Shown: one piece after another, positions 28,533 through 38,270 of the stretch | Layout of the letters: each line of letters starts with the position of its first letter | Position numbering within the stretch: the stretch's first letter is position 1 | Assembly: GCA_004322365.1 (NCBI GenBank) | Contig: SCTS01000006.1 | Coordinates: 160,756-224,755, forward strand | Direction of reading: 5' to 3' | Source of the DNA: Patescibacteria group bacterium | Lineage (GTDB): Bacteria; Patescibacteriota; Minisyncoccia; Phycocordibacterales; Phycocordibacteraceae | DNA: 64,000 nt | The notes under the pieces: model-generated | The model's database searches: none | Seen by the model: the letters and a program-made list of their open reading frames with translations, nothing else | Told to the model about the DNA's origin: nothing | Position numbers and translations under genes: made by a program

Positions 28533-30677
28533 ATGAATGCGAACGATCCCATCGACTCCCTCACTCGTCTCACGCACATACAGCGTGCAGGACTAAAGCG
28601 TCTCCAAATAGAAAGCGTGCGTGACCTCTTGTACCACTTCCCTGTTCGCTACGAATCAGCTGCAGACATCCGCACGGTGTCTGTCGCTGGCGGAGACGAA
28701 GTCGCAACACTGTATGGAAAATTCTCAAAGCTCGAGATGAAACGCTCGTGGAAAACAAAAGTGCCTATGGCTGAGGGTACTTTCAGTGATGGCACGGGCA
28801 GTATGCGTATCGTGTGGTTTCATCAACCCTATCTTGCAAAAATGATTCCTGTGGAGCAACTGGTGCGCATTCGTGGAAAAGTGAGTGAAAAAGATGGTAA
28901 GAAATCAATAATTAACCCAGTCGTCGAACAAGCGTCAGGAGTGCCTTTTATGGAGACTGGCGGTGAGATGTTTCCAGTGTACTCAGAAACCGCAGGTATT
29001 ACGTCGCTGTGGATTTTCCATGTGATAAAAAAAGCCATTGAAAAAGGTGCGCTCGATACTCTTGAGGATCCACTCCCTCCGAAACTCCTAAAGACATACC
29101 ACCTCCCCGCTTTAAAGAGTGCACTCATTTGGATTCATGAACCAAAGCGGGAGGGCGATGCAGAGGTTGCCCGCAAACGATTCGCATTTGAAGAGGTGTT
29201 TTTGATTCAAATCGCGAGAGCACTTGAACGAGAGAAAAATAAATCCGAGCGTGCGTATGAAATAGATGCAGATGAGGCAAAAGTTTCTGCATTCGTTAAA
29301 ACATTTCCGTTCGATGCAACTGCGGGACAAAAAAAAGCTATCGGCACTATCATTGCAGACTTTTTAGAGCCGTACCCAATGGCACGACTGCTTGAGGGCG
29401 ATGTAGGGAGCGGGAAAACAGCAATTGCAGCGGCAACAGCCTACGCTGTTGCGACCTCAAGGCCGAAGAATGCAAAGGGAGCTACACAAACGTTTGGAAA
29501 TCTCCAAGTTGCCTACATGTGCCCAACAGAAATTCTTGCAAAACAGCACTTCGCAACATTCACCGCATTCTTTAAAAAATATCCGATTGCTATTGGACTG
29601 GTAACTTCGTCAGGATGTTTTAAATTTCCTTCAAAAGTAAACCCTGAGAAACCAACAAACATCTCACGAGCACAACTCATGAAGTGGGTGGCAAACGGTG
29701 AAATTCCCATTCTTATTGGAACCCATTCACTCATACAAAAGACTGTGGGATTTAAACACCTTGCCTATGTCATCGTGGATGAACAACATCGCTTCGGTAC
29801 CTTGCAACGCCAAGCCATTATGAAAAAAGGTGGAGCCTCCCCTCACCTCCTATCTATGACCGCAACACCAATTCCCCGCACACTTGCGCTCACTTTGTAC
29901 GGCGACTTAGATTTGACGGTCTTGGATGAATTACCTGCTGGAAGAAAAATGATTACGACTGAAATAGTCACTCCAGGGGCACGAAATAAAGCATATGAAA
30001 AAATACGGGAACTGTTGAAAGAAGGCAGGCAGGCGTATGTCATTTGCCCACGCATTGATGAGCCAGACCCTTCAAAAGCTCTGGCCCTCCAAACTCGCTC
30101 AGTTACTGCTGAGGCGAAACGTTTGGAAAAAGAAGTGTTTCCTGAATACATTCTTGAAAAACTCCACAGCAAAATGACACCTAAAGAGAAAGAAGAAACA
30201 ATGGCGCGATTCGAGCGAGGCGAAACAGATATTCTTGTTGCAACATCTGTAGTTGAAGTGGGAGTCAATGTGCCAAATGCAACTGTCATAATGATTGAGG
30301 GTGCTGACCGATTTGGTCTTGCACAATTACACCAACTCCGTGGACGTGTACAACGCTCAGCACACCAACCGTATTGTTTTTTAATGGTTGAAAAATCCGC
30401 AGGTGCCAACAATGTACGCTTGAAAGCAATTCAATCTGCAAAGAATGGTTTCGAACTTGCTGAGAAAGATTTAACCATTCGAGGTGCGGGAGAACTCTAT
30501 GGTAGACGCCAGTGGGGCATCTCTGACATCGGTATGGATGCGCTGAAAAATCTTAAATTGGTGGAAGCCGCGAGAAAAGAAGCGGGAATCATTGTAGAAA
30601 AAAATTCTACACTTGAAAGTAATCCCCTACTTCGAGAACGGGCTCTAGAAAAAGCGCGGGAATTGCATTTTGAGTAA
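28533..30677 (+). CDS. recG: ATP-dependent DNA helicase RecG
   Basis: LEGDVGSGKT, DEQHRFG, MTATPIPRTL, RFGLAQLHQLRGRV, GFELAEKDL. Confidence 0.96.
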   Translation: MNANDPIDSLTRLTHIQRAGLKRLQIESVRDLLYHFPVRYESAADIRTVSVAGGDEVATLYGKFSKLEMKRSWKTKVPMAEGTFSDGTGSMRIVWFHQPYLAKMIPVEQLVRIRGKVSEKDGKKSIINPVVEQASGVPFMETGGEMFPVYSETAGITSLWIFHVIKKAIEKGALDTLEDPLPPKLLKTYHLPALKSALIWIHEPKREGDAEVARKRFAFEEVFLIQIARALEREKNKSERAYEIDADEAKVSAFVKTFPFDATAGQKKAIGTIIADFLEPYPMARLLEGDVGSGKTAIAAATAYAVATSRPKNAKGATQTFGNLQVAYMCPTEILAKQHFATFTAFFKKYPIAIGLVTSSGCFKFPSKVNPEKPTNISRAQLMKWVANGEIPILIGTHSLIQKTVGFKHLAYVIVDEQHRFGTLQRQAIMKKGGASPHLLSMTATPIPRTLALTLYGDLDLTVLDELPAGRKMITTEIVTPGARNKAYEKIRELLKEGRQAYVICPRIDEPDPSKALALQTRSVTAEAKRLEKEVFPEYILEKLHSKMTPKEKEETMARFERGETDILVATSVVEVGVNVPNATVIMIEGADRFGLAQLHQLRGRVQRSAHQPYCFLMVEKSAGANNVRLKAIQSAKNGFELAEKDLTIRGAGELYGRRQWGISDIGMDALKNLKLVEAARKEAGIIVEKNSTLESNPLLRERALEKARELHFE

Positions 30678-30680
30678 AAA

Positions 30681-30827
30681 CTAGAGAGTGTGCTCGCCAA
30701 AAAAGCACCTGCCGCACGTTTTTCCTGACTCTGAGACATCCCTCTTGCAACTACACATACAACTACACACAAACGCACCCGCTTCGTGTCTCGATACGCC
30801 TACATATTTCTCAGAACGTAGTTTCAT
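30681..30827 (-). CDS. 48-aa Cys-rich microprotein (putative metal-binding)
   Basis: MKLRSEKYVGVSRHEAGAFVCSCMCSCKRDVSESGKTCGRCFFGEHTL*; ATG 4 nt after tRNA-Ile. Confidence 0.45.
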   Translation of the reverse strand: MKLRSEKYVGVSRHEAGAFVCSCMCSCKRDVSESGKTCGRCFFGEHTL

Positions 30828-30831
30828 ATAG

Positions 30832-30905
30832 TCCACCCTCTTGGACTCGAACCAAGGACCCTCGAGGTATAAGCTCGATGCTCTAACCAACTGAGCTAAG
30901 GGTGG
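30832..30905 (-). tRNA. tRNA-Ile(TAT)
   Basis: CCACCCT/AGGGTGG acceptor, D arm GCTC/GAGC, TCGAG-CT TAT AC-CTCGA anticodon arm, CTTGG-TTCGAGT-CCAAG, A73. Confidence 0.92.
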
Positions 30906-30939
30906 ATATCCGCACTATATATCCTCAAGTGCGAATAAA

Positions 30940-31140
30940 TCAATCAACGACTGCTTGGCGAGATTCAAAGAAACTCCCGAGAATATCAAGGAGATCTCCT
31001 TTGTCAGGATTCCTATCAAACGACTCGATAAGGGGAATAGGAACAATGTCTGGAATACCTCGGAAATATGGGGAGTGAGTTGCTGACCTCACTCCATCAG
31101 CGGTAAAAAAGTTTTTCTCTTTACCTTTGTAATTGGACAT
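30940..31140 (-). CDS. Small hypothetical protein
   Basis: 66-aa ATG ORF starting 5 nt after the ftsH stop, same strand. Confidence 0.45.
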   Translation of the reverse strand: MSNYKGKEKNFFTADGVRSATHSPYFRGIPDIVPIPLIESFDRNPDKGDLLDILGSFFESRQAVVD

Positions 31141-31145
31141 ACACT

Positions 31146-33110
31146 CTATACCTGATGCTCGATGTCTTTTTTCTTTTTTGGTGTAATACCTCCCGCAATC
31201 AAGACTTTCTCAAACTCGTCACGCTCTACCGTCTCTACTTCAACAAGTTTTGCGGCAATCATGTCCAAGAGCTTGCGATGCTTCACAATTAAGTCCTTGG
31301 CCTTCTCGTGAGCGTCATCTATTATTTTCTTCACCTCTGAATCAATCTTTGCTGACACTTCTTCTGAATACTCCTTGTCTGAAACACCACGACCGAAAAG
31401 CGTGCGACCCCCTTCGCCCTCGAGGGCCATTGGCCCCAAAGTGTCGGACATACCGTACTTAGTAACCATGTCACGAGCAAGTGCCGTTGCTACCTGCAAG
31501 TCGTTTGATGGCCCTGTAGTCAAGTCACCAAATACTTCCATTTCAGCAACATACCCACCTAAAGAAACTGCGATGTCATCCAAGAATTCTTTCTTTGATT
31601 GCATCTTTGTATCTTCATCTGGCAACTTCAATGTGTACCCAGCAGCACGGCCACGAGAAATGATGGAAATTTTATGCACGGGGTCCGCGTACGGCAAGAT
31701 GGATGCAACGAGTGCATGTCCTCCTTCGTGATATGCAGTAATTTCTTTTTCTTTTTTATTAAGAAGGTGACTTCTTCTTTCGGGACCAAGCATTACTTTC
31801 TCGATGGAACGCACCAAGTCAAACTGTGCAACCTTCTTTCTGTTTTCTCTCGCAGCGAGAATGGCACCCTCGTTCATCAATGAATACAAATCAGCACCAG
31901 AAAATCCAGGAGTGCGCTCTGCGATAGTGCGAAGCACCACATCTTCTGCGAGAGGTTTTTTGCGTGCGTGCACCTTCAATATTGCCTCTCGATCGTCACG
32001 GTCTGGTAAATCAATGGTGACGCGCCTGTCAAACCTACCAGGGCGGAGAAGTGCTGGATCAAGAACATCGGGGCGGTTAGTTGCCGCCATAATGATAACT
32101 TTTTCATTCGGTTCAAAGCCATCCATCTCAACGAGGATTTGGTTCAGTGTTTGCTCTCGTTCATCATTTCCACCACCAACACCTGTGCCACGAATACGAC
32201 CGACTGCATCAATTTCATCAATGAAGATAATCGCAGGAGCTGCGTGTTTTGCCATATGAAAGAGGTCTCGCACACGAGAAGCACCAACGCCGACAAACAT
32301 CTCTACGAATTCAGAACCAGAGATTGAAAAGAACGGTACACCTGCTTCACCTGCAACAGCTCGGCCAAGCAATGTCTTACCTGTTCCAGGGGCACCCATA
32401 AGAAGAACGCCCTTTGGAATACGTGCACCGATATCCAAGAATTTTTTTGGATTCTTCAAAAAGTCTACGATTTCGGTCAGTTCCTCTTTTGCTTCTCGTG
32501 CGCCAGCAACATCACTGAATGTAACGCGTTGATTCAAGTCTTTCGGATCTATCATTCGTGCCTTTGACTGACCGAAGGTGAACGCTTGCATTCCTGCCCC
32601 ACGAACTTGCTTCGAGAGAAACCAAATGAATACGATGATGAGTATAAGAGGGAGAATGATGGGAGCTAGTGTGAAGAACCAGAATTGAAAACCACTCTGA
32701 TCTTTAACCTCAATCGAAACTTTTGATATTTCGTCTGCTTTCAAACCGTAGTTTGAAAGTGTTGTTGAAAGTGCGGTGTTGGACTCTTTCTTACTCGATC
32801 TCTTGCTGGTGTCAGTGTAGGTAGCGGTTAACTTATCGCCCTCGACGATAATGCTTTTTACGGAATCAGTCTTTATATCTGCGGCAAGCTGTGAAAGGGT
32901 TACATCTTTAACGTCCACCTTTTGTCCAAAGAAAAAAGAATAGAGAGATGCGAGAATCAGCACCACCAATACTATTGAGGTTATATTATTCCACCCACCT
33001 CCCTTTGCTGGCATACCGGGCATACCTTTTGGAACAAAATTTTTCAAAGGGTTTTTATCTTTGATTGGTTTTTTCTTGTCTGGAGTTTCTTTGAGATTGA
33101 TTTCAGGCAT
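31146..33110 (-). CDS. ftsH: ATP-dependent zinc metalloprotease FtsH
   Basis: 2 [23 protein letters not shown]; ATG 33110 preceded by TATAAT-N6. Confidence 0.97.
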   Translation of the reverse strand: MPEINLKETPDKKKPIKDKNPLKNFVPKGMPGMPAKGGGWNNITSIVLVVLILASLYSFFFGQKVDVKDVTLSQLAADIKTDSVKSIIVEGDKLTATYTDTSKRSSKKESNTALSTTLSNYGLKADEISKVSIEVKDQSGFQFWFFTLAPIILPLILIIVFIWFLSKQVRGAGMQAFTFGQSKARMIDPKDLNQRVTFSDVAGAREAKEELTEIVDFLKNPKKFLDIGARIPKGVLLMGAPGTGKTLLGRAVAGEAGVPFFSISGSEFVEMFVGVGASRVRDLFHMAKHAAPAIIFIDEIDAVGRIRGTGVGGGNDEREQTLNQILVEMDGFEPNEKVIIMAATNRPDVLDPALLRPGRFDRRVTIDLPDRDDREAILKVHARKKPLAEDVVLRTIAERTPGFSGADLYSLMNEGAILAARENRKKVAQFDLVRSIEKVMLGPERRSHLLNKKEKEITAYHEGGHALVASILPYADPVHKISIISRGRAAGYTLKLPDEDTKMQSKKEFLDDIAVSLGGYVAEMEVFGDLTTGPSNDLQVATALARDMVTKYGMSDTLGPMALEGEGGRTLFGRGVSDKEYSEEVSAKIDSEVKKIIDDAHEKAKDLIVKHRKLLDMIAAKLVEVETVERDEFEKVLIAGGITPKKKKDIEHQV

Positions 33111-33150
33111 CTGGCTATTATATACGGCTACTCGCAAGAACACCAAAGAT

Positions 33151-33189
33151 AATAAATAAAACCCCTCTTATGGAGGGGTTTTATTTATT
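33151..33189 (-). terminator. Intrinsic terminator
   Basis: AATAAATAAAACCCCTC-TTATG-GAGGGGTTTTATTTATT. Confidence 0.78.
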
Positions 33190-33997
33190 ATCTTTTGTCT
33201 CCAGTCTTCGGCTTAACTGGCGGGGTTACTGGTGGAGTAGGAGGGTACCCATATCCAGGTGGACGCTTAACGGTAAGTAGATTCCCTTTTGCACTTCCAA
33301 CATTTACCGCTCCGATCTGATTCCCACATTTTGAGTAACCGTATTTATTCTTATAGCCATATCGAATTGTCTTGCATTGATCGCCCACAGCAGAGCCGGA
33401 AGTAATAGATGCCTTGAGTTGAACGGCTTGCATACCCGCTCTTGTATAGGAAGGTTTTCCGACGATGGTAATTGTCCCTGTGGTTTGTGTGAGATAGATA
33501 GGGAGGTCTTTCTTAAAGACGAGCACATACGTGTCACCGTTAATGAACGAGACTGAAGTAGGTTCCAAAGATTGCATCATCCCGCAGGCACCGCCTTTAT
33601 AACCATACCCGTAGGTGACACCTTCATTGACGCAATATGCGTAGTGAAGAGCAAAGTCCGTCACGGAAAGTGATGGAGCCTGGCGACCAGAAACCGGTAT
33701 CGAAACTGTGAACGAATTGAGTGTTGCTTGCCATTTAACATTCATTGCTTTTACATCAAAAACAGCAAGAATTTGTGATGTGTCATTCACTAGGCTACCT
33801 GTTGGACTCTTAGCGGAACGAGCGATGATAACAGTTGGTCTTCCAGAAAAGGATGACAAAACATTTGCAACTAAAACATTGGAATCAGCAACAGCCATCC
33901 CAGACACTGCAAAGAAAGAGCCTCCAGTAATCACTCCCGCAACCAGAAGTGAGAGGAAAACTTTCATGGAGTTCCCTTTTTTATTCATTGCTGTCAT
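33188..33997 (-). CDS. Secreted hypothetical protein with YGY motifs
   Basis: Signal peptide, Cys-bracketed YGYGYKG and YGYKNKYGY loops, Pro-rich tail. Confidence 0.7.
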   Translation of the reverse strand: MTAMNKKGNSMKVFLSLLVAGVITGGSFFAVSGMAVADSNVLVANVLSSFSGRPTVIIARSAKSPTGSLVNDTSQILAVFDVKAMNVKWQATLNSFTVSIPVSGRQAPSLSVTDFALHYAYCVNEGVTYGYGYKGGACGMMQSLEPTSVSFINGDTYVLVFKKDLPIYLTQTTGTITIVGKPSYTRAGMQAVQLKASITSGSAVGDQCKTIRYGYKNKYGYSKCGNQIGAVNVGSAKGNLLTVKRPPGYGYPPTPPVTPPVKPKTGDKR

Positions 33998-34106
33998 AAA
34001 AATATATAAAGAAAGTACTATTATTAAAATGCCAATAACTCAAAAAGCGTACCATGGGAGCGGGGGTGCCTAATCTATACTGGGGATGAGATACACTAGT
34101 GCGAGC

Positions 34107-35483
34107 ATGCAGAAACTCGCACTGTCTCCAAGAAAACAAACTGCCCTATTAGGCACCATTCTCGGATTGGCCTCACTCGCACTCCACGCTATCCCATTTT
34201 TCTTATTCGGACGGCACCCGCTTGGCTATGACACAGGGTTTTATAGACGCTACTTGATTGAACCAATTACCTCTTTTCCTAATGCATCAGTCCCCGGCCT
34301 CGGAGATGATGCTTTTATAGTGCGAATGTTCTTAGACATCCTGCGATTCCTTCACCTACCTACCGACCTCATTCTCTACGGTAGCTATCTCGCCTTTTGG
34401 GCATTAATGCCAGTACTTTTATTTTTCTTTTTAAAACTATATCTACAAAAACATGGCGCCTTTATAGCAGGACTACTCTTAGTGGGCTCATCAGTCGCAT
34501 ACAACGGATACTGGTACTTCCTTCTTAAAAACGCGCTTGCACTTAATTTGATACTTCTCGCATTTATTGCAATTGAGCGAAGGTGGTCAAGCGCGTGGTT
34601 TGTACTCGACATTGCAATCGTACTCACACACAAGACGAGTGCCATCATCTACATACTCACTCTTATAGCGCTCTTTATTTTCTCGCGCGGTCGGAGAAAT
34701 GAGTACGCTCTGCACATCATCATTGCTGGAGCACTCTTTGCACTTATAAACGCACCTACAGTACATGAACTTTCTGTAGCGCTACCTTCAGCTGTTTTTC
34801 TCGATTGGCAAACATACCTATGGCTATCACTCCCGTTCATTTTAGCGATTGCGGTAGCAGGAAAAACATTTCTAAAATATAAGATTCCCTCAACACTGCT
34901 TGCGCTCGCCGGTGTCAGTCTACTGTTCCCACTTTTTCGACTCCCCTTCTATGAACGGGTATTTATTTTTTTAGACATTACGCTCGCTGGTCTCGCAGGG
35001 TATGGAATACACTCGATTCTTTCTTCTGTAAAATCTGCATGGGGTACGAAGCAGGTGTTCATGCCATTCATGTTCCTCGCACTTTTTGTTGGACTCTTTT
35101 TGGGAAACCTATGGAATCAAGTAACGAGCACCCTGCCACTGATATCGAATGAACAAATCTTAAGGATTGAGGAAATTGCAAAAGTGATACCGGCAGAAGC
35201 AACCATTCTTACCACCTCCGACGAAGCTCCGTGGTTTGAAGGATGGACTAACGCGCACATTGCAGCTCCTGGGATGCTTAATGACAATCACAATCTTGAA
35301 GCATGGACTGAGCTGTGGTCTGGAGCATCTACCGAACAAAAAATTAAATTTTTGGATGATTTCCAAAAACCTCTCTATATAAGTACTTTCTACGCAATTG
35401 AAGATATCATCGGTAAAGCTCCAGAATGTGTGCACAAAGTTGCAGAAAATCTCTGGCTCGTAGCGTGTGAAAAATCAAAATAG
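34107..35483 (+). CDS. Polytopic membrane protein, GT-C glycosyltransferase-like
   Basis: ~11 TM segments with a PLGYDTGFY first loop and a C-terminal soluble domain; family inferred. Confidence 0.65.
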   Translation: MQKLALSPRKQTALLGTILGLASLALHAIPFFLFGRHPLGYDTGFYRRYLIEPITSFPNASVPGLGDDAFIVRMFLDILRFLHLPTDLILYGSYLAFWALMPVLLFFFLKLYLQKHGAFIAGLLLVGSSVAYNGYWYFLLKNALALNLILLAFIAIERRWSSAWFVLDIAIVLTHKTSAIIYILTLIALFIFSRGRRNEYALHIIIAGALFALINAPTVHELSVALPSAVFLDWQTYLWLSLPFILAIAVAGKTFLKYKIPSTLLALAGVSLLFPLFRLPFYERVFIFLDITLAGLAGYGIHSILSSVKSAWGTKQVFMPFMFLALFVGLFLGNLWNQVTSTLPLISNEQILRIEEIAKVIPAEATILTTSDEAPWFEGWTNAHIAAPGMLNDNHNLEAWTELWSGASTEQKIKFLDDFQKPLYISTFYAIEDIIGKAPECVHKVAENLWLVACEKSK

Positions 35484-35501
35484 CGGTATGCTGAAGCTGG
35501 C

Positions 35502-35951
35502 ATGAAAGCACTGGTAGAAAACAAGAAAGCGCGTCTTGAATATGAAATCCTCGAATCCTACGAGGCGGGGCTTCAATTGCTTGGATTAGAAGTTAAATCC
35601 CTCCGTGCCGGCAAGGCATCGCTCGCAGGGTCGCGCGTTGTAGTTCGTGGTGGTGAGGCGTTTCTTTTAGGTGTCACCATTTCTCCTTACCAAGTGGGCA
35701 ACACAGCAAAAAGCTACGACCCTGAGCGCACCAGAAGACTCCTCATGAGCAAAAAGGAAATTGCCGAGCTTGCCGTAAAAGAAGGCCAGAAGGGTTTGAC
35801 AATTATACCTATTATGGTGTATAATAAGAATAAGAAATTGAAGGTACAAGTTGCCGTAGTGCGCCACAAGGGCAAACATGACAAGCGTGATACCCTCAAA
35901 GGCCGTGACGCAAAGCGAGAGATAGAACGCACTTTGAAAACTGAATATTAA
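35502..35951 (+). CDS. smpB: SsrA-binding protein
   Basis: NKKARLEY, EAGLQLLGLEVKSLR, RTRRLL, HDKR. Confidence 0.96.
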   Translation: MKALVENKKARLEYEILESYEAGLQLLGLEVKSLRAGKASLAGSRVVVRGGEAFLLGVTISPYQVGNTAKSYDPERTRRLLMSKKEIAELAVKEGQKGLTIIPIMVYNKNKKLKVQVAVVRHKGKHDKRDTLKGRDAKREIERTLKTEY

Positions 35952-36000
35952 ATTAGCCAGTCCCCGAAAACATCCTGAGCAACGTCGAAGGATTTTCCCG

Positions 36001-36392
36001 GGGGGTGACTGGTTTCGACGGAGAATTTCCTCTGTTGCGCGCAAGACGGTGAATGCTGGAGATCACCTTAAACCTCGAGCACTGAAACGTGCAAACGCTT
36101 CTATAAAGAGCCCTTACAATTTCGCTTTTGCGACTGCGTAAGTTCCCTCTTCCGTCCTCGCTTCGGCCGGGACGGCGCTAGGCTTCTGATGTCTAATAGG
36201 AAGACTCTAGTGCCATAACATCAGACTCTATTCTTCTTTACTGCTCGTAGAAAAGAATGAAATTGAAGAGCTCGGATAGGTGTCATTTTGTTCGTTCTCT
36301 ACCCACCTGTCTTAAACCTTGAAACGAACTATGTCTTGTAGAAACGCTTCGGAGACCCTCTCTGTACGGGAGTTCGACTCTCCCCACCTCCA
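36001..36392 (+). ncRNA. ssrA: tmRNA (tag ANASIKSPYNFAFATA* at 36091-36141)
   Basis: GGGGGTG...CACCTCCA acceptor with G3-U70, GGTTTCGAC 5' motif, T-arm GGGAGTTCGACTCTCC; directly after smpB. Confidence 0.95.
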
Positions 36393-36466
36393 CAAATAAA
36401 AATTACCTGCGTGCGCAGGTAATTTTTATTTGTGGAGGTGGAACAAGCAAATAGTTTTGCTTGTGT

Positions 36467-36567
36467 GGAGAGTCGAAAGCCGGAGCCATGCCGTTTACGG
36501 CAGGCGAGGCCGGGCAGGAACCACTTAGCGAGTCCGCGAGCTTAGTGAGTTGACGCCGACTCTTCCC
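36467..36567 (+). repeat. tRNA-linked structured element, copy 3 (after tmRNA)
   Basis: Ends GGAGAGTCGAA / CGACTCTTCCC mirror the tmRNA T-arm; shares CACTTAG...CTTAGTG and GAG(G)CCGGG with copy 2. Confidence 0.75.
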
Positions 36568-36688
36568 AGAAAAATTGCAAACCCGCTTAATGCGGGTTTT
36601 TGTATGTGTGGAGAATAGACCCTTGCTTCTCGTTGATAGTCAGCGTATAACAACCTGAATCATGTAGTGGTTTTTACTCACCAATATC

Positions 36689-37699
36689 ATGAACACTAAA
36701 TCAAACACAGAATCTATGGGAGAAAACGGTGAACATCGTGAGGGGAAACGAATAGAGCGAGCTGAAATAAAAATGCTTGGCCCTATAAGCTATATAGCTC
36801 CACACGAAGGGCTATGGACTGGCTCAATATCAAGAAAAGCCCACCAATCTGAACGAGTAACAGGGGCATTGCAAGAAATACCCCATTATTTTGTGATGGC
36901 TGATACTGATGCCCCTGAGCGCTGCATTGATGGTCGTCCTAAAGTAAAAAAAGGTGCGCGTGGTCATCTACAAGAAATGCACCTTGGTCCTCAGACTCCC
37001 GGAGGCACTCCCGCAATGACATTGGCATACAGAATCATGAATGCTGGGACACTCCCTGAAGGAAAGAAGTTTTGTGACGATTTGAAAGACACTATAGGCC
37101 TCTGTAAAAAACACGGAATATCCTTTGGTGGCCACATTGATGACCATAACCATGGGTTCAACTGTGGGTGCGGTGCAATTGATAAAATCCCAGAAATATT
37201 CAAGAAGATACTTGAGCCAGAGTTCAAAGAATCGGCTTCTGTATATTTGAAGGCAATTCTTGGGGAGCGATTTGACGCAGATGTTATGCAGAGCTTAATA
37301 GGGCGTGCCGATGAGTTAAATGCGCAAAACGGTAACTATCTTGAACAAACAGCAGATGGTGATTATCTCTTCAGAAAAAAAGTGATTGAGACCCTTGAAA
37401 CGGAAGCAACAAATGTACAGCCAGTAGAAGAATTAATAGGAGACCACCGCGAGATTGCATTGGTCGTAAACTTGGTTCCTGGTAGCACGTTCGACAGGGA
37501 TGCGTTTACAAAAGCACAGGGTTCTGAGGTACAAGCGTTTAACTATGACTTCTGGGTGAGTGAAGATTTTGCAAATAAACTATTCAAAAGTGAGAAAAAA
37601 CGTACCGAATTCCTTACTATCCGAGCCATGCTTGGAATTGCTACAGCTATGGTGCTCACAGACGGTTCAATGGAGCTCATTCTCCGCACAAAAAAATAG
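36689..37699 (+). CDS. CDCA-like (zeta-class) carbonic anhydrase
   Basis: RCIDGR, GPQTPGG, GGH...HGFNCGCG Cys/His/Cys ligand pattern, GDHRE motif. Confidence 0.72.
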   Translation: MNTKSNTESMGENGEHREGKRIERAEIKMLGPISYIAPHEGLWTGSISRKAHQSERVTGALQEIPHYFVMADTDAPERCIDGRPKVKKGARGHLQEMHLGPQTPGGTPAMTLAYRIMNAGTLPEGKKFCDDLKDTIGLCKKHGISFGGHIDDHNHGFNCGCGAIDKIPEIFKKILEPEFKESASVYLKAILGERFDADVMQSLIGRADELNAQNGNYLEQTADGDYLFRKKVIETLETEATNVQPVEELIGDHREIALVVNLVPGSTFDRDAFTKAQGSEVQAFNYDFWVSEDFANKLFKSEKKRTEFLTIRAMLGIATAMVLTDGSMELILRTKK

Positions 37700-37732
37700 A
37701 CTAAGAATGTGCTAGAATAGCCCGAAACAACC

Positions 37733-38266
37733 TTGAGTACTCAACGAACACGCATCAACGCGCAAATACGCGCACCCGAACTTCGGGTCATCGGACCAAA
37801 CGGCGAAAACGTCGGCGTTGTTACGCTCGCCGAAGCTATGGCGCAAGCGAAAGCTGTAGAGTTGGACCTAATAGAGGTTTCACCAAACGCGACCCCACCA
37901 GTTGCGAAAATAATGGATTATGGTAAATTTCAATACGAGCAACAGAAAAAAGACCGAGAAATAAGGGCTAAATCGCACATTACAGAGACAAAAGCAGTCC
38001 AAGTTGAGGTAGGTACCGGAGAAAACGATCTTCTCCGAAAGGCCCGCCAAGCAGCTGGATGGCTCAAAGAAGGACACCGAGTACGAGTAGAGCTCTTCCT
38101 TAAGGGACGCTACAAGTACATGGATCCGGCATTTCTCAAGGAAAGATTGAAGCGTTTCGTGCTTTTGGTTCCTGAAGATTACCGTATCGCTGAGGACATA
38201 CAGAAAGGTCCAAAAGGGTTCAACATGATCCTAGAAAAGGCCGGAAAACAGAAACCAGCAAAATAA
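37733..38266 (+). CDS. infC: Translation initiation factor IF-3 (TTG start)
   Basis: RINAQIRAPELRVI, DLIEVSP, PPVAKIMDYGKF. Confidence 0.95.
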   Translation: MSTQRTRINAQIRAPELRVIGPNGENVGVVTLAEAMAQAKAVELDLIEVSPNATPPVAKIMDYGKFQYEQQKKDREIRAKSHITETKAVQVEVGTGENDLLRKARQAAGWLKEGHRVRVELFLKGRYKYMDPAFLKERLKRFVLLVPEDYRIAEDIQKGPKGFNMILEKAGKQKPAK

Positions 38267-38270
38267 CAAC

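Noticed and set aside
35667-36044. Minus-strand ORFs over smpB/tmRNA, and ORF 40286-40552 over the 6S candidate
   Set aside because: They overlap RNA genes or smpB and have no protein-like features.
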